Assembly (NCBI GenBank): GCA_048938295.1
Contig: JBHLMI010000002.1
Coordinates: 60,001 to 92,000, forward strand
Direction: 5' to 3'
DNA length: 32,000 nucleotides
From: Promethearchaeota archaeon
GTDB taxonomy: Archaea; Asgardarchaeota; Hermodarchaeia; Hermodarchaeales; Hermodarchaeaceae
Shown here piece after piece: positions 8,140 to 18,126 of this stretch. The notes under the pieces were generated by a model. It searched no databases, was not told the DNA's origin, and saw nothing but the letters and a program-made list of their open reading frames with translations. Every line of letters begins with the position of its first letter. Within the stretch, counting starts at the first letter, position 1. The position numbers and the translations under genes are program-made.

Positions 8140-8883
8140 TTATTCAACCACTTCATGACGGACCCGGACTCGTTTGGCAAGGTCATAACTCAAAGCAAAT
8201 TGAGCAGTTCCTACTTCAATGAGAAGTGTATCCCCTATAGGCGAAATCTGAACTACACGGACTGTTTCACCCGGAAGCATCCCCATTGAAGACATCATCC
8301 GCAACAAGTCAATGTTCTCGTCGCTGATACAATCGATGACAGCCGATTCACCTTGCCTCATATCAGCCAATGTATTTTGAGGGAGAGGAGTCACGGTTCC
8401 ATCCAATTCCGGTATGGGATTTCCGTGCGGACAGGTGGCTGGATCATCTAGTTTTTCGAGAACTTTATTACACAACGCCGGTGTTAGTAAATGCTCCCAT
8501 TCACACGCCACATCATGGGCTTCCTCCCAGCTTACACCCAACAGGTCAACAAGAAGGCGTTCGGCGATTCTATGCCGACGAAGAACATCCAAGGCGAGTT
8601 TACGCCCTTTCGCTGTAAGGCGAACACCCTTATTCTTTTCATATTTCAGATAGGATTTTTCAGCTAGCTTTTGCACCATCTGCGTCACGCTAGCTGGCTT
8701 GACATTCAAAACTTCAGCAAGCTCACCTGTTTTAGCATACTTGTCATTATTCTGAAGCAATCGAAAAATCGCTTCGAGATACTCTTCAATGTTAGCACTG
8801 GGAATATCGTATTTCAAAGCTCGTGAAGTTTCTTTAGTTTCTTCTCTTTTGACTACTGGTTGGGTTTGTGAAGCAGGAGTCAT
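8140..8883 (-). CDS. DtxR/IdeR-family metal-dependent repressor with C-terminal FeoA (SH3-like) domain
   Basis: EEYLEAI, ELAEVLNVKPASVT, RRHRIAERLL, AHDVACEWEH, CPHGNPIP, then a FeoA-like LADMRQGESA..LSSMGMLPGETVRV segment. Confidence 0.92.
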   Translation of the reverse strand: MTPASQTQPVVKREETKETSRALKYDIPSANIEEYLEAIFRLLQNNDKYAKTGELAEVLNVKPASVTQMVQKLAEKSYLKYEKNKGVRLTAKGRKLALDVLRRHRIAERLLVDLLGVSWEEAHDVACEWEHLLTPALCNKVLEKLDDPATCPHGNPIPELDGTVTPLPQNTLADMRQGESAVIDCISDENIDLLRMMSSMGMLPGETVRVVQISPIGDTLLIEVGTAQFALSYDLAKRVRVRHEVVE

Positions 8884-8890
8884 GTTTCAA

Positions 8891-8912
8891 ATTTAGGTGT
8901 GCCTAAATATAA
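8891..8912 (-). promoter_or_regulatory. TATA box plus DtxR-type palindromic operator for the dtxR-feoB operon
   Basis: ATTTAGG-TGTG-CCTAAAT perfect 7-bp-arm palindrome (8891-8908). It overlaps the minus-strand TTATAT (8912-8907), which ends 24 nt above ATG 8883. Confidence 0.75.
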
Positions 8913-8947
8913 GTCTTTACTTCGTATAAGTAATCATAAATTCATCA

Positions 8948-9859
8948 TTAAATTAATCCTAGGACTTGGGCACACATCAGAAAATACAGGACCAAAGAGC
9001 GTACACCCCCCCAGCGTTCAGCAACCAATTCGACATCAGAACGCCTAGCAGGCTTACCCTTCAAATACAACTGAGAGATGATCTGTCGAATACCCAAATC
9101 GTCGGTAGGAAATACCTCCAACCGGCGTACCCCTGTTAATACCGCAAGTTCTGCAGTCCACTTCCCAATACCTGGAAGACTGTCCAATCTTTCAATAATC
9201 GTGCTCGTCTCTAATTCAGCTAACTCATCTAACCGTAAATTACCAAACGTCAACTCCTCGAATAGGTTAACCAAATAAGGGGCTTTAAACCCGAGCTTGC
9301 ATTCACGGAGTCTCGCCTCAGATAAGGCTGAAAGGCCTTCAAGGGTAGGGAATCCAAATAATTGCTCCTCCCCGAGTTGACAACGCGGACCATAGTCTAC
9401 AACCAACCTTCGAGTGACCTGGTTTGCAGATCGAAAGCTAACTTGCTGCTGTAAAATCGCCTTCACAAGGGCTTCAAAGAAAGTTGGATGACTGAAAGGC
9501 CGTAACCCTTGGAGCGGCTTGTGTAGATAGGCGATAATTGGGTCTTTTTTGATTGCCGTAAGCACTGGGCTCGTATCAACATCCCAGCCCAACATCCGTT
9601 CAATCGCTGTGATAATCGCTCCATGATTTTTCCCAAACTGAGCAGGCCATTGCACTTGGAGGCGAGGCCGTTTTCCTTGATTGAGCTGAAGAACACGGAC
9701 TGGTATGATTTGATCATCGAGGGGGATGCAACGGGCAAATTCACCAGGTTTCTTAAGTTCTGGGGTCGGTTGCACATCAGGATACACCCAGCAATCAACA
9801 GTCACATCGAGATCAAAGGACTTATCAAGCTCAACTTGGAAGCCATGAATTTCTGACAT
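8948..9859 (-). CDS. alkA: DNA-3-methyladenine glycosylase II (HhH-GPD family)
   Basis: FEALVKAILQQQVS, LFGFPT, CKLGFKAPYL, LPGIGKWTAE (HhH) and VFPTDDLGIR. ATG 9859 after GGAG is preferred over the track start at 9919. Confidence 0.88.
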   Translation of the reverse strand: MSEIHGFQVELDKSFDLDVTVDCWVYPDVQPTPELKKPGEFARCIPLDDQIIPVRVLQLNQGKRPRLQVQWPAQFGKNHGAIITAIERMLGWDVDTSPVLTAIKKDPIIAYLHKPLQGLRPFSHPTFFEALVKAILQQQVSFRSANQVTRRLVVDYGPRCQLGEEQLFGFPTLEGLSALSEARLRECKLGFKAPYLVNLFEELTFGNLRLDELAELETSTIIERLDSLPGIGKWTAELAVLTGVRRLEVFPTDDLGIRQIISQLYLKGKPARRSDVELVAERWGGVRSLVLYFLMCAQVLGLI

Positions 9860-10033
9860 TACTCCATCAACACCCCCGAGGGCTAGATGGCATATTTTAC
9901 TGTATGCCTCTCCCAGCAATGAAGGACAAGGAGTTTGTCATATCGGTTGATATGGCTTGTTGGACAACTGTCCACAACACATTTATTCTTGTAATTCATC
10001 CTTCTACTAAACACTCTGGAGTGTGAATACGGC

Positions 10034-10414
10034 ATGGCCATGTTGGGTGTTCAACGAATCATGACCGGACAAAACGTGGAAGCCAACGATGTGATGCACT
10101 GCTTCCTTGGTCTACGAAGCCTCGAAATCGACGTGTACTTTTATCTACTCAAGGGTCGGGCTACCGTCAAAGAGGTCGCAGAAGCTCTCGGAAGAAACCG
10201 GAGTACGGTCCAACGAGCCATCCAAAACCTTGTGCAGCGTGGATTTGCTCATCGTAGAACACGTACACTCCGCAAAGGCGGATACGTATATTTATATGAA
10301 GCAGTAAGTCTAGCGACCATGAAGGATCTAATCAAAGCCGCCCTTGATTCGTTTTACAAGCAAATCGAAGAATTCTTAGACCAATATTGGGCTGAATCAA
10401 CAAAACCCATTTAA
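10034..10414 (+). CDS. Archaeal winged-HTH transcriptional regulator (COG3355/TrmB-like)
   Basis: CFLGLRSLEIDVYFYLL, TVKEVAEALGRNRSTVQRAIQNLVQRG and GGYVYLYEA. Confidence 0.85.
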   Translation: MAMLGVQRIMTGQNVEANDVMHCFLGLRSLEIDVYFYLLKGRATVKEVAEALGRNRSTVQRAIQNLVQRGFAHRRTRTLRKGGYVYLYEAVSLATMKDLIKAALDSFYKQIEEFLDQYWAESTKPI

Positions 10415-10533
10415 CCGGTTGTGTTCAGATGTGGCACTACCGACACCTTTATATGATGACTCTACCACACCCTCCTCGAAGCTGCAAGAGAAGGATAAAC
10501 ACCTTCATGCAGTAAAATGGACGGTGAAATATA

Positions 10534-10761
10534 ATGGCATCCATCGGCTGCCCTTTTTGTTCAAAAGTAGGAATTATTATGGTCATAACTGGCCTAACAT
10601 TCATCCTACTCAGCGTGACAGTCGTCCTTCCATGGCTAGCCATCATTGGACTCATCTTCCTGATTGCGGCCTACATCGTCCCCGGATTTGTGAGTAGAAA
10701 AAGCTGCCACAATGAAGGCGGCGCTAATCCCTCACATAACCATGGAGAGGAGGATTCATAA
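10534..10761 (+). CDS. 75-aa two-TM membrane protein with CPFC motif and Cys/His tail
   Basis: GGTGA SD. MASIGCPFC is followed by two hydrophobic helices and SCHNE..SHNHG. The stop overlaps the trx start (TAATG). Confidence 0.75.
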   Translation: MASIGCPFCSKVGIIMVITGLTFILLSVTVVLPWLAIIGLIFLIAAYIVPGFVSRKSCHNEGGANPSHNHGEEDS

Positions 10762-11180
10762 TGACTGATACCTCCGATCCAGAACTTACACGATTACGTG
10801 AACAAAAACTCAAGGAGTTACAACATACAATGGCAACACAATCTAAAACCCCAACTCAACCCCAAGGTAAGGTAATCCACCTATCTACACACGACTTTGA
10901 CCAAACCATCAGCCAAGGTGTCACCCTTGTTGACTTTTTCGCTGAGTGGTGTGGTCCATGCAAAATGATGGCCCCTGTCGTAGACAAACTAGCGCAAGAA
11001 TATGCGGGCCTAGCGAAGGTTGCAAAGGTAGATGTTGATCACAATATTGAAATCGCGATGCGATATCGCGTGCAAGGCGTACCCACTTTCGCTGTCTTTA
11101 AAGATGGCGTGATGGTGCACCGTATTGTTGGTGGCGTTGGCTATCAGCCATTGAAAACCGCTCTTGATACCTTCCTTTAG
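10761..11180 (+). CDS. trxA: Thioredoxin with N-terminal DPELTRLREQKL helix
   Basis: LVDFFAEWCGPCKMMAP, AKVDVD and VQGVPTF motifs. Confidence 0.95.
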   Translation: MTDTSDPELTRLREQKLKELQHTMATQSKTPTQPQGKVIHLSTHDFDQTISQGVTLVDFFAEWCGPCKMMAPVVDKLAQEYAGLAKVAKVDVDHNIEIAMRYRVQGVPTFAVFKDGVMVHRIVGGVGYQPLKTALDTFL

Positions 11181-11280
11181 AGGCTATCCTTTCTTTTATT
11201 TAAGCAGTCAGCTCTAAGCCTTTTGCGTGACGCGTTGGCATCGTTGACTGCGATTTTTTCTTTTAATAAAAGGAATATAA

Positions 11281-11458
11281 TTATAAATTTCTTTGGTATT
11301 ATTTTTGTGAACACATTCCTTCCGTGTTCAGGTGGTATGAACTCAAGCAGCTCCGAAAATTTTTTATGTACAATTCGGATTTTCGTGAGCTGCTGGACCA
11401 CCCGAGCAGGGTCTGGAGCCGCGAGTCGAAGATTCCAGACTGGTTTTGAGAATCGGGT
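11281..11458 (+). promoter_or_regulatory. Putative grpE promoter (TTATAAAT) and long leader containing three inverted-repeat structures
   Basis: TATA-like 11281-11288 after a purine-rich stretch. IRs at 11308-11330, 11346-11394 and nested 11400-11458. GGAGG SD before ATG 11530. Confidence 0.55.
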
Positions 11459-11529
11459 AACAGCAGCCCCCCTACACTTACTTGACGACAATGCACGTTG
11501 TGCAACAACTTTAATGGAGGATTCGATCG

Positions 11530-12180
11530 ATGACTGATGAACCACATAAAACCGGGAAAGCATCCGACTCCAAAGTAAGTGAGGATAGGCTAGCTAAGAG
11601 TCCAATACCCCCTGAGTCTTCAGCTAAGACCAGCAAACCAAAGAAACTGACCAGAAAAGAGTTAGAACAAGCCTTGGAAGGAGCCCAAGCCCAAATTGAG
11701 AAACAGAAAACCCGGCTAGCATACCTTCAGGCGGACCATGACAACTACGTGAAGTCCATGGAACGCCATACAGCGAATCTCCGACTGCAAGCGAATCATG
11801 ATTTGATCCTCACCTTACTACCGATTTTAGATGATTTAGAGAGGGCACAAATTATGGTTCCCCAGATTGAAGTCAATACCCCTTTCCTTGAGGGATTTTC
11901 AATGCTAGTGGAGAACCTGAAAACGGTGCTAATGAACGCGGGAGTCAAACCAATAGAATGTGAAGGGAAAACCTTTGATCCTCTACGGCACGAAGTGGTT
12001 GTCCGTGAAGAATCTACAGAGATTCCTGCCAACACCGTCATAAAGGAATTGCGAAAAGGATATCTTCTCAAGGGCACTTTACTTCGACCATCCATGGTGA
12101 AGATTGCGGTCGCACCTAAACCCATCCCCAAGAAGTCTGAAACTGAAGAATCTGAAGATAATGAATCAAACAAGAAATAA
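11530..12180 (+). CDS. grpE: Nucleotide exchange factor GrpE
   Basis: LQADHDNY, LLPILDDLERA, FDPLRHEVV and KGYLLKGTLLRPSMVKIA. First gene of the grpE-dnaK-dnaJ cluster. Confidence 0.96.
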   Translation: MTDEPHKTGKASDSKVSEDRLAKSPIPPESSAKTSKPKKLTRKELEQALEGAQAQIEKQKTRLAYLQADHDNYVKSMERHTANLRLQANHDLILTLLPILDDLERAQIMVPQIEVNTPFLEGFSMLVENLKTVLMNAGVKPIECEGKTFDPLRHEVVVREESTEIPANTVIKELRKGYLLKGTLLRPSMVKIAVAPKPIPKKSETEESEDNESNKK

Positions 12181-12213
12181 TATCAAATAATTTAGAAACT
12201 GGAGTTGAAGAAC

Positions 12214-14112
12214 ATGCCAAAAATTATTGGAATTGATCTAGGAACCAGCAATTCAGCAGCCGCTGTGATGCGTGGAGACCGCCCTATTATTATCCCCAGC
12301 GCTGAAGGGCCCACCGTCTCCGGAAAAGCCTTCCCCTCATACGTTGCTATCACTGAGGATGGAACCCGCCTTGTTGGTGAACCTGCCCGACGCCAGGCTG
12401 TTGCGAATCCAGAAGGCACAGTGACAGCCGTGAAGCGAAAAATGGGAACCCGACAAAAAATAAAAATCCGGGATAAAACCTTTACACCTGAAGAAGTATC
12501 GTCATTTATTCTCCGAAAAATCAAAACAGATGCAGAGGCATTTCTTGGAGAACCTGTTAGTCAAGCAGTTATCACAGTTCCTGCTTACTTTAACGACAAC
12601 CAACGTCAAGCCACGAAAGATGCCGGTGAATTAGCGGGCCTCGAGGTCGTACGTCTCATTAACGAACCCACAGCCGCGTCGCTAGCCTATGGTATCGACA
12701 AGCTCGATAAAGAACTTCGAATCCTTGTCTTTGACTTTGGCGGTGGTACGTTAGATGTCACGATCATGGAATTCGGTCCCGACCCAGATACCGGCAGTGG
12801 ACTGTTCCAAGTGGTCTCTACTGCGGGTGACACTCAGCTAGGTGGAACCGACATGGACCTTGCAATAGCGGAATGGCTAGCTGACGAATTCAAAGCTGAG
12901 CAAGGGATGGACCTCCATGATGACCCTACAGCCTGGCGGCGTCTCCTTGAAGCCGCAGAGAAGGCAAAAATCGAGCTATCCAATGTAATCGAAAGCGAAA
13001 TCAACCTCCCCTACCTTACAGCAGACAAAACCGGTCCTAAACACCTCCAACGCAAACTAACCCGAGCAAAACTTGAGGATTTAATCCGAGATATTGTAAA
13101 CCGATGCGATGCCCCAATGCGCCAAGCGATCAATGATGCGAAACTGCGCCCTAACGAAATAGACAAGATCATTTTGATTGGTGGACCCACACGGATGCCA
13201 ATTGTTCGCCAATACGTTGAGAAATTCATTGGCAAGAAAGCCGAACGGGGTGTAGATCCAATGGAAGCTGTAGCTCTCGGTGCAGCCATTCAGGGCGGTG
13301 TCATCACTGGAGACGTCAAAGACCTACTACTTCTCGATGTTACTCCTCTGTCATTGGGGGTTGAAACCAAGGGCGACATTATGACCCCCCTTATCGAACG
13401 AAACACAACCATTCCTGTAGAACGTAGCCAAATCTTCAGCACTGCCGCAGATATGCAAACTGTTGTCACTATTCATGTGCTACAAGGTGAACGGTCAAGA
13501 GCTAGTCAAAACATCTCCCTTGGCCAATTCAATCTTACTGGCATCCCACCAGCCCCAATGGGCGTACCACAAATCGAGGTTACCTTTGACATCGATGTTA
13601 ACGGTATCCTTCATGTAAAAGCCAAGGACTTGGGGACCGGAAATGAACAGAAAATAACCATTTCTGCTTCAACCAAACTAACTGAATCACAAAAAGATAA
13701 GATGGTCGCTGATGCCGAAAATTACGAAGAAGAAGACAAACGCTACCGTGAAGAAGTCGAGGAACTCAACAGAGCAGAGTCACTAGTCTATTCAGCCCGG
13801 AAGACCATCAAAGAACTCGGTGATAAGATTAGCGAAGAGGACAAGCAAAAAATTGAAGACGCTTCTAATCGACTTGAGAAAGCTGTCCAGGATAAAGACC
13901 TTGCAACTGCAAAGCAAGAGATGGAAACCCTTACAGATATTTTACAGGGAGTTGGAACTGCGGTGTACCAGCAAGTGGCTGAGGAACAAGCTCGGGCTCA
14001 AGCCCAAGCTGGAGTAAAAGAAGAAACTGAATCCAAACCGAAAAAGAAGAAGGGTAAAGAAAAAGTCGTTGACGCTGATTATGAAGTCGTCGATGATGAA
14101 GACAAGAAATAA
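12214..14112 (+). CDS. dnaK: Hsp70 chaperone DnaK
   Basis: [59 protein letters not shown] and RNTTIP. ATG 12214 follows GGAG (track start TTG 12205). Confidence 0.98.
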   Translation: MPKIIGIDLGTSNSAAAVMRGDRPIIIPSAEGPTVSGKAFPSYVAITEDGTRLVGEPARRQAVANPEGTVTAVKRKMGTRQKIKIRDKTFTPEEVSSFILRKIKTDAEAFLGEPVSQAVITVPAYFNDNQRQATKDAGELAGLEVVRLINEPTAASLAYGIDKLDKELRILVFDFGGGTLDVTIMEFGPDPDTGSGLFQVVSTAGDTQLGGTDMDLAIAEWLADEFKAEQGMDLHDDPTAWRRLLEAAEKAKIELSNVIESEINLPYLTADKTGPKHLQRKLTRAKLEDLIRDIVNRCDAPMRQAINDAKLRPNEIDKIILIGGPTRMPIVRQYVEKFIGKKAERGVDPMEAVALGAAIQGGVITGDVKDLLLLDVTPLSLGVETKGDIMTPLIERNTTIPVERSQIFSTAADMQTVVTIHVLQGERSRASQNISLGQFNLTGIPPAPMGVPQIEVTFDIDVNGILHVKAKDLGTGNEQKITISASTKLTESQKDKMVADAENYEEEDKRYREEVEELNRAESLVYSARKTIKELGDKISEEDKQKIEDASNRLEKAVQDKDLATAKQEMETLTDILQGVGTAVYQQVAEEQARAQAQAGVKEETESKPKKKKGKEKVVDADYEVVDDEDKK

Positions 14113-14212
14113 AATAGAGTAGTAGTTTCGCTAATCAAATCATCGGGCATTAATTAGGCAGAAGAAATAAAAGCCTAGTTTAGATTCGGTTACGCATTTA
14201 TGGTGAGTCAGT

Positions 14213-15325
14213 GTGAGTTACGGGAGCAATCAAAAACGAGACTACTATGAAGTACTCGGTGTCGATCGGAAAGCAACAAAGGCTGAAATTCGAAGTGCCT
14301 ACCGTAAACTTGCTCTGAAGTATCACCCAGACCGGAATAAAGAACCTGGTGCAACTGAGAAGTTCAAAGAAGTTTCAGAAGCCTATGCAATACTCTCTGA
14401 TGATGACAAACGCCTCCAATATGACCAGTTCGGTCACGCCGGCATCTCCGGGCGTTATAGTGCCCAGGATATATTTGGTGGCGTTAACTTTGAAGACATT
14501 CTACGCAGTTTTGGTCTAGGAGGTGGTCTCGGAGGCTTTGGAAGTATCTTTGATTTTTTTATGGGACGAGGTACATCACGACCTTTCCAACGAGATCAGG
14601 CCATCGATTTACGATACGATATGAAAATCTCCCTCAAAGAAGCTGCAACTGGTATTGAAAGGGAAATTACCATAAAACGCGACGAACAATGCCCCAAATG
14701 CGGAGGCAGCGGTGCAGAACCGGGAACTCCTATGAAAACTTGTTCTCGCTGTGGCGGGCGTGGCGAATTACGCCAAGTCCAACAGACCATGTTTGGACAA
14801 GTAATTCGAGTCGCCACTTGTCCCTCATGTAATGGCCAGGGGAAAACCGTAGAAACACCCTGCTCTGAATGTAAAGGAAAACGCACTGTTCGGGAAAAAC
14901 GGAGTATTCGTGTCCAAATTCCCCCAGGAGTGGAATCGGGGTCAATGCTCAGACTGAAAGACCAGGGTGCTTCGCAAAACGGCAGCCCACCAGGTGACCT
15001 ATATGTTGTCGTGCATGTACAACCTGATGATACCTTCCAGCGTGTTGGCGATGACATCATCATCGAGTTACCGATATCAATCACCCAAGCGGCATTAGGA
15101 GCGGAAATAGAGGTTCCTACACTACTTTCCAAAGCCAAATTAAAGATTCCTGCAGGAACACAACCTGACACTATTTTGCGGTTGCGAGGACAAGGGATGC
15201 CCCGCACCCGATGGCGAGGAAACGGTGATCAACTCATCCAAATTAAGGTAGAAGTACCTAAGAAGCTGAACCGACAACAGCAAGAACTCCTGGAGCAACT
15301 TGCTGAGGAACTGGATAAGAAGTAA
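14213..15325 (+). CDS. dnaJ: Hsp40 co-chaperone DnaJ
   Basis: [16 protein letters not shown]-rich region, four CxxCxGx(G) repeats and the C-terminal PGDLYV domain. Confidence 0.98.
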   Translation: MSYGSNQKRDYYEVLGVDRKATKAEIRSAYRKLALKYHPDRNKEPGATEKFKEVSEAYAILSDDDKRLQYDQFGHAGISGRYSAQDIFGGVNFEDILRSFGLGGGLGGFGSIFDFFMGRGTSRPFQRDQAIDLRYDMKISLKEAATGIEREITIKRDEQCPKCGGSGAEPGTPMKTCSRCGGRGELRQVQQTMFGQVIRVATCPSCNGQGKTVETPCSECKGKRTVREKRSIRVQIPPGVESGSMLRLKDQGASQNGSPPGDLYVVVHVQPDDTFQRVGDDIIIELPISITQAALGAEIEVPTLLSKAKLKIPAGTQPDTILRLRGQGMPRTRWRGNGDQLIQIKVEVPKKLNRQQQELLEQLAEELDKK

Positions 15326-15326
15326 T

Positions 15327-16712
15327 TTAGTCAGCCTTTGCAATGAGTTGAATATCACGGAACTGAATGGATGGGCCAATGAGTGAACCACCTGGACCAA
15401 CCAAGTAGCGACGCAAATCGCTGCCCACAACATCCACCTTCTTGATAAGCTCAAATGCATTGCCTGCAATCATCAAACCATGCACGGCACCTACGAGTTC
15501 ACCATCGATGATCCGGTATGCAGGATTTGCCACGACGCTATAATCCCCTGTTTCCCTATTTGATGAATGGACACCTTGTAGTCCTTTAATCAAGTAACCG
15601 GATTTCGTCTCACCGATCAAGTCATCTAATGACTTTGTTCCAGGTGAAATCACAATGTTTGTTGGGGCTGTATCAACATCACCGGTTCGAAGATTTCGAC
15701 TTGCATTACCAGTGCTGTTTGTACCATGGCGGAGTGCCCAGTAATTATTCCAGAGAAAGGAACGAAGTTTTCCTTTCTCAACAAGGGGAGTCGTTTGCTG
15801 TGGAATTCCTTCTCCGTCAAATAGTGCTGTTGCATATCCTCCATCGAAGCGTCCATCGTCAGTGAATGTAAGAGCTTTGGCGGCAATAGGCGTGTCAATT
15901 TTCTCTGCTAGTTGGGACTTGCCACGAACAACATTTTCACCTTTCAGGGCTTCTAATAATGTATAGCTCAGGAGCGCTCCTAATGCATCGGCTGTAAGAA
16001 TTATCGAACCTGTTTCAGTATTGCCTTTCTCTGAGTTCTGAGCAAGAAGGACATATTTCACCGAATCATTGACGATGTAATCCAAATCAAGCTGAAAATG
16101 GCGATTAACATCAATGGAAACTGCAGCTGGCGTCATTCCAGTCGCAGTGGGTAACACCAACACCGTATATGCATAGACACCAGTTCCTCGATCCGAGATA
16201 ACAATTCCATTGGAGTTTGCATAAGCAGCCCAACCATAAAACCCACCAGTTCCCGCCTCCCCAATGATGATTGCAGGATTCTTTTCCTTGACGGCTTTAG
16301 TAATCTGAGTTGACAGATCAACAAACACACTTGGATCTTTTTCTGGAATAGACCCATCCCAAAGGCCAGTAAGTTTTTGATACTTTGTCTTTAAGGGAAA
16401 GTCTTTCCATGTCTTATCCAGTGTACTCGCCTTAGCTGCTGAAATCGCCCGATTCACTGATTTTTCAATAGCAGATTGATTTAACAGATTAGTATAAGCT
16501 GAGCCTAATTGGTTGTTGATGACGACACGTATTGAGGCTCCAACGACTTGGGATTTTGTTGCTTTACTAACTTCACCAAGAGCGACTTCGCAGCTAATAT
16601 CATAGTTGTCCTGAATCATAATTTCGATCTGATCAGCTTTTTTGGACCCATAAGCGATTGCGTGTTCTGCTAGACTCGCAATTGTTTGTTCCCTGTCTTT
16701 CATTGTTTCCAT
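15327..16712 (-). CDS. pmbA: TldE/PmbA-family protein
   Basis: LTFTDDG..ALFDGEGIPQQ..LVEKGKL, STGNA, TNIVISPG and GDYS. Lacks HExxGH and is paired with tldD. Confidence 0.9.
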   Translation of the reverse strand: METMKDREQTIASLAEHAIAYGSKKADQIEIMIQDNYDISCEVALGEVSKATKSQVVGASIRVVINNQLGSAYTNLLNQSAIEKSVNRAISAAKASTLDKTWKDFPLKTKYQKLTGLWDGSIPEKDPSVFVDLSTQITKAVKEKNPAIIIGEAGTGGFYGWAAYANSNGIVISDRGTGVYAYTVLVLPTATGMTPAAVSIDVNRHFQLDLDYIVNDSVKYVLLAQNSEKGNTETGSIILTADALGALLSYTLLEALKGENVVRGKSQLAEKIDTPIAAKALTFTDDGRFDGGYATALFDGEGIPQQTTPLVEKGKLRSFLWNNYWALRHGTNSTGNASRNLRTGDVDTAPTNIVISPGTKSLDDLIGETKSGYLIKGLQGVHSSNRETGDYSVVANPAYRIIDGELVGAVHGLMIAGNAFELIKKVDVVGSDLRRYLVGPGGSLIGPSIQFRDIQLIAKAD

Positions 16713-16722
16713 AACCCCCTTC

Positions 16723-18126
16723 TCATGCCTTGCCTCCCATGGTTATCGGTCCACTGGCGAATCGGATTAGGGGCCCTCCATCACTGATAAGGGCCTCTTG
16801 ACCCTTGCCGCAACGCCCAACTCCATAACCGTAGGTTTCTTTTCCAACCCCCTCGATTTTCAGGAGAGCTTCGGTAGCAATACCTGAAATCGATAAGTTC
16901 GTTACTGAGTTACCCAATTCTCCGTCGATAATTTCAAAGGCTTCTTGAACTCCAACTTGGAAGCTGGCATTCATTGTTGCTGATCCGCCAGCAAAATCAA
17001 TGCAATAGTAGCCAAAGTCGATTCCCTCAAAGATTTCTTCATCCGTTAAATCGCCGCGTTCAAACACTGTATTTCGCATCCGAATTAGCGGATACACACG
17101 GAAGTCCTCAGCGCGTGCATTGCCGGAAGGAGGCATTCCAGTTTTTTGTGCATATTCACGGTCAGTAAGTAAGGTGTTAAACACGCCGTCTTTAATCAAT
17201 TCAACTCGCTTGGTGGGCACGCCTTCGTCATCATATTTGGCTGTACCAAAGCCGTCCTTCAGGGTACCATCGTCAACCATCCAGACGCCTTTAGGAGCGA
17301 CATCTTGATTGAGTTTTCCAGCAAATGCTGATTGGAGGGTGAGGTCTGCTTCAGCAAGGTGACCAAGGGCTTCATGGGCAAGAACTCCAACCACAACGGG
17401 TCCTAGAACACATGGGAAGCTTCCAGGTTTCGGAGTGACACCATCCAGCTGCATCTTCACCCGTCTTGCCAATCGTTCTGCGATGAGGTTTGGTGTTTGT
17501 GTAGTTTCGTAGTATTCCCAACCTCGTGTGGCGGATCCGGAGTTATCTCGGGCACTGGTGATTTTACTATTATCTTTCCCCGTTAAACTAATAACCACGT
17601 AGAGATGCCCGAAGCCAGTTTCAATTTGTGTCCCTTCATTCGTTACCAGATATTTTGTACCAATCCCATCCCGCTGTTGTATTGTGATGGCTTTGACTCG
17701 TGGTTCAAGAGCTTGAGTTTCTTTCCAAATTTCTGCAGCAAAATTGATTTTTTCCTTTGGGTCAACTTCTGCTGGGCTGCGCTCCACCTTAAAGGGAACA
17801 GTGTCTTGTACAGGTTTGATTTCAGCCAATTTGATGGGCTCTTTTCTCGCTTTTGCGGCGCTACTAGCAAGAGAATAAGCATCCTTCACACTGGATTGCA
17901 ACCCATTCGGGGAAAGGTCATTAGATGTTACAAATCCCCATGTACCCCTGGTAAGGACCCGAATCGCCACGCCTTCCTCGAGGCGTTGGTTAATGCTGCG
18001 TACACGCCCATCTTCATATTGTAAGTTGCTGCGGTTCAGAGTTTCTACTCGCATTTCGACATAGGTTGCACCAAGTTTTTCTCCATAATCAGCAGCTTTC
18101 TGGAGCTTGTCAATCAAAATGATCAC
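16723..18126 (-). CDS. tldD: TldD-family metalloprotease
   Basis: GVLAHEALGHLAEAD zinc motif, YDDEGVPT, SGNARA, PLIRMRNT and C-terminal CGKGQ. Confidence 0.93.
   Translation of the reverse strand: MIILIDKLQKAADYGEKLGATYVEMRVETLNRSNLQYEDGRVRSINQRLEEGVAIRVLTRGTWGFVTSNDLSPNGLQSSVKDAYSLASSAAKARKEPIKLAEIKPVQDTVPFKVERSPAEVDPKEKINFAAEIWKETQALEPRVKAITIQQRDGIGTKYLVTNEGTQIETGFGHLYVVISLTGKDNSKITSARDNSGSATRGWEYYETTQTPNLIAERLARRVKMQLDGVTPKPGSFPCVLGPVVVGVLAHEALGHLAEADLTLQSAFAGKLNQDVAPKGVWMVDDGTLKDGFGTAKYDDEGVPTKRVELIKDGVFNTLLTDREYAQKTGMPPSGNARAEDFRVYPLIRMRNTVFERGDLTDEEIFEGIDFGYYCIDFAGGSATMNASFQVGVQEAFEIIDGELGNSVTNLSISGIATEALLKIEGVGKETYGYGVGRCGKGQEALISDGGPLIRFASGPITMGGKA

Noticed and set aside
11308-11330. 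CIRCE element (HrcA operator) before grpE
   Set aside because: The 9-nt spacer matches, but the arms TGAACAC/GTGTTCA do not match TTAGCACTC/GAGTGCTAA, and no hrcA is present in the window.
11395-11460. tRNA, SRP RNA or RNase P RNA in the structured region
   Set aside because: No T-loop GTTCRA or cloverleaf, and no SRP helix-8 or RNase P P4 signature on either strand.
11177-11563. ORFs 11177..11563, 11223..11537 and 11299..11547 across the grpE upstream region
   Set aside because: They have odd composition, no SD or motifs, cross an AT-rich promoter, and overlap neighbouring genes.
14152-14180. Hairpin AATTAGGC..GCCTAGTT between dnaK and dnaJ as a terminator or second DtxR box
   Set aside because: The stem is imperfect with a 13-nt spacer, unlike the N4 operator, and no convincing T-tract follows.
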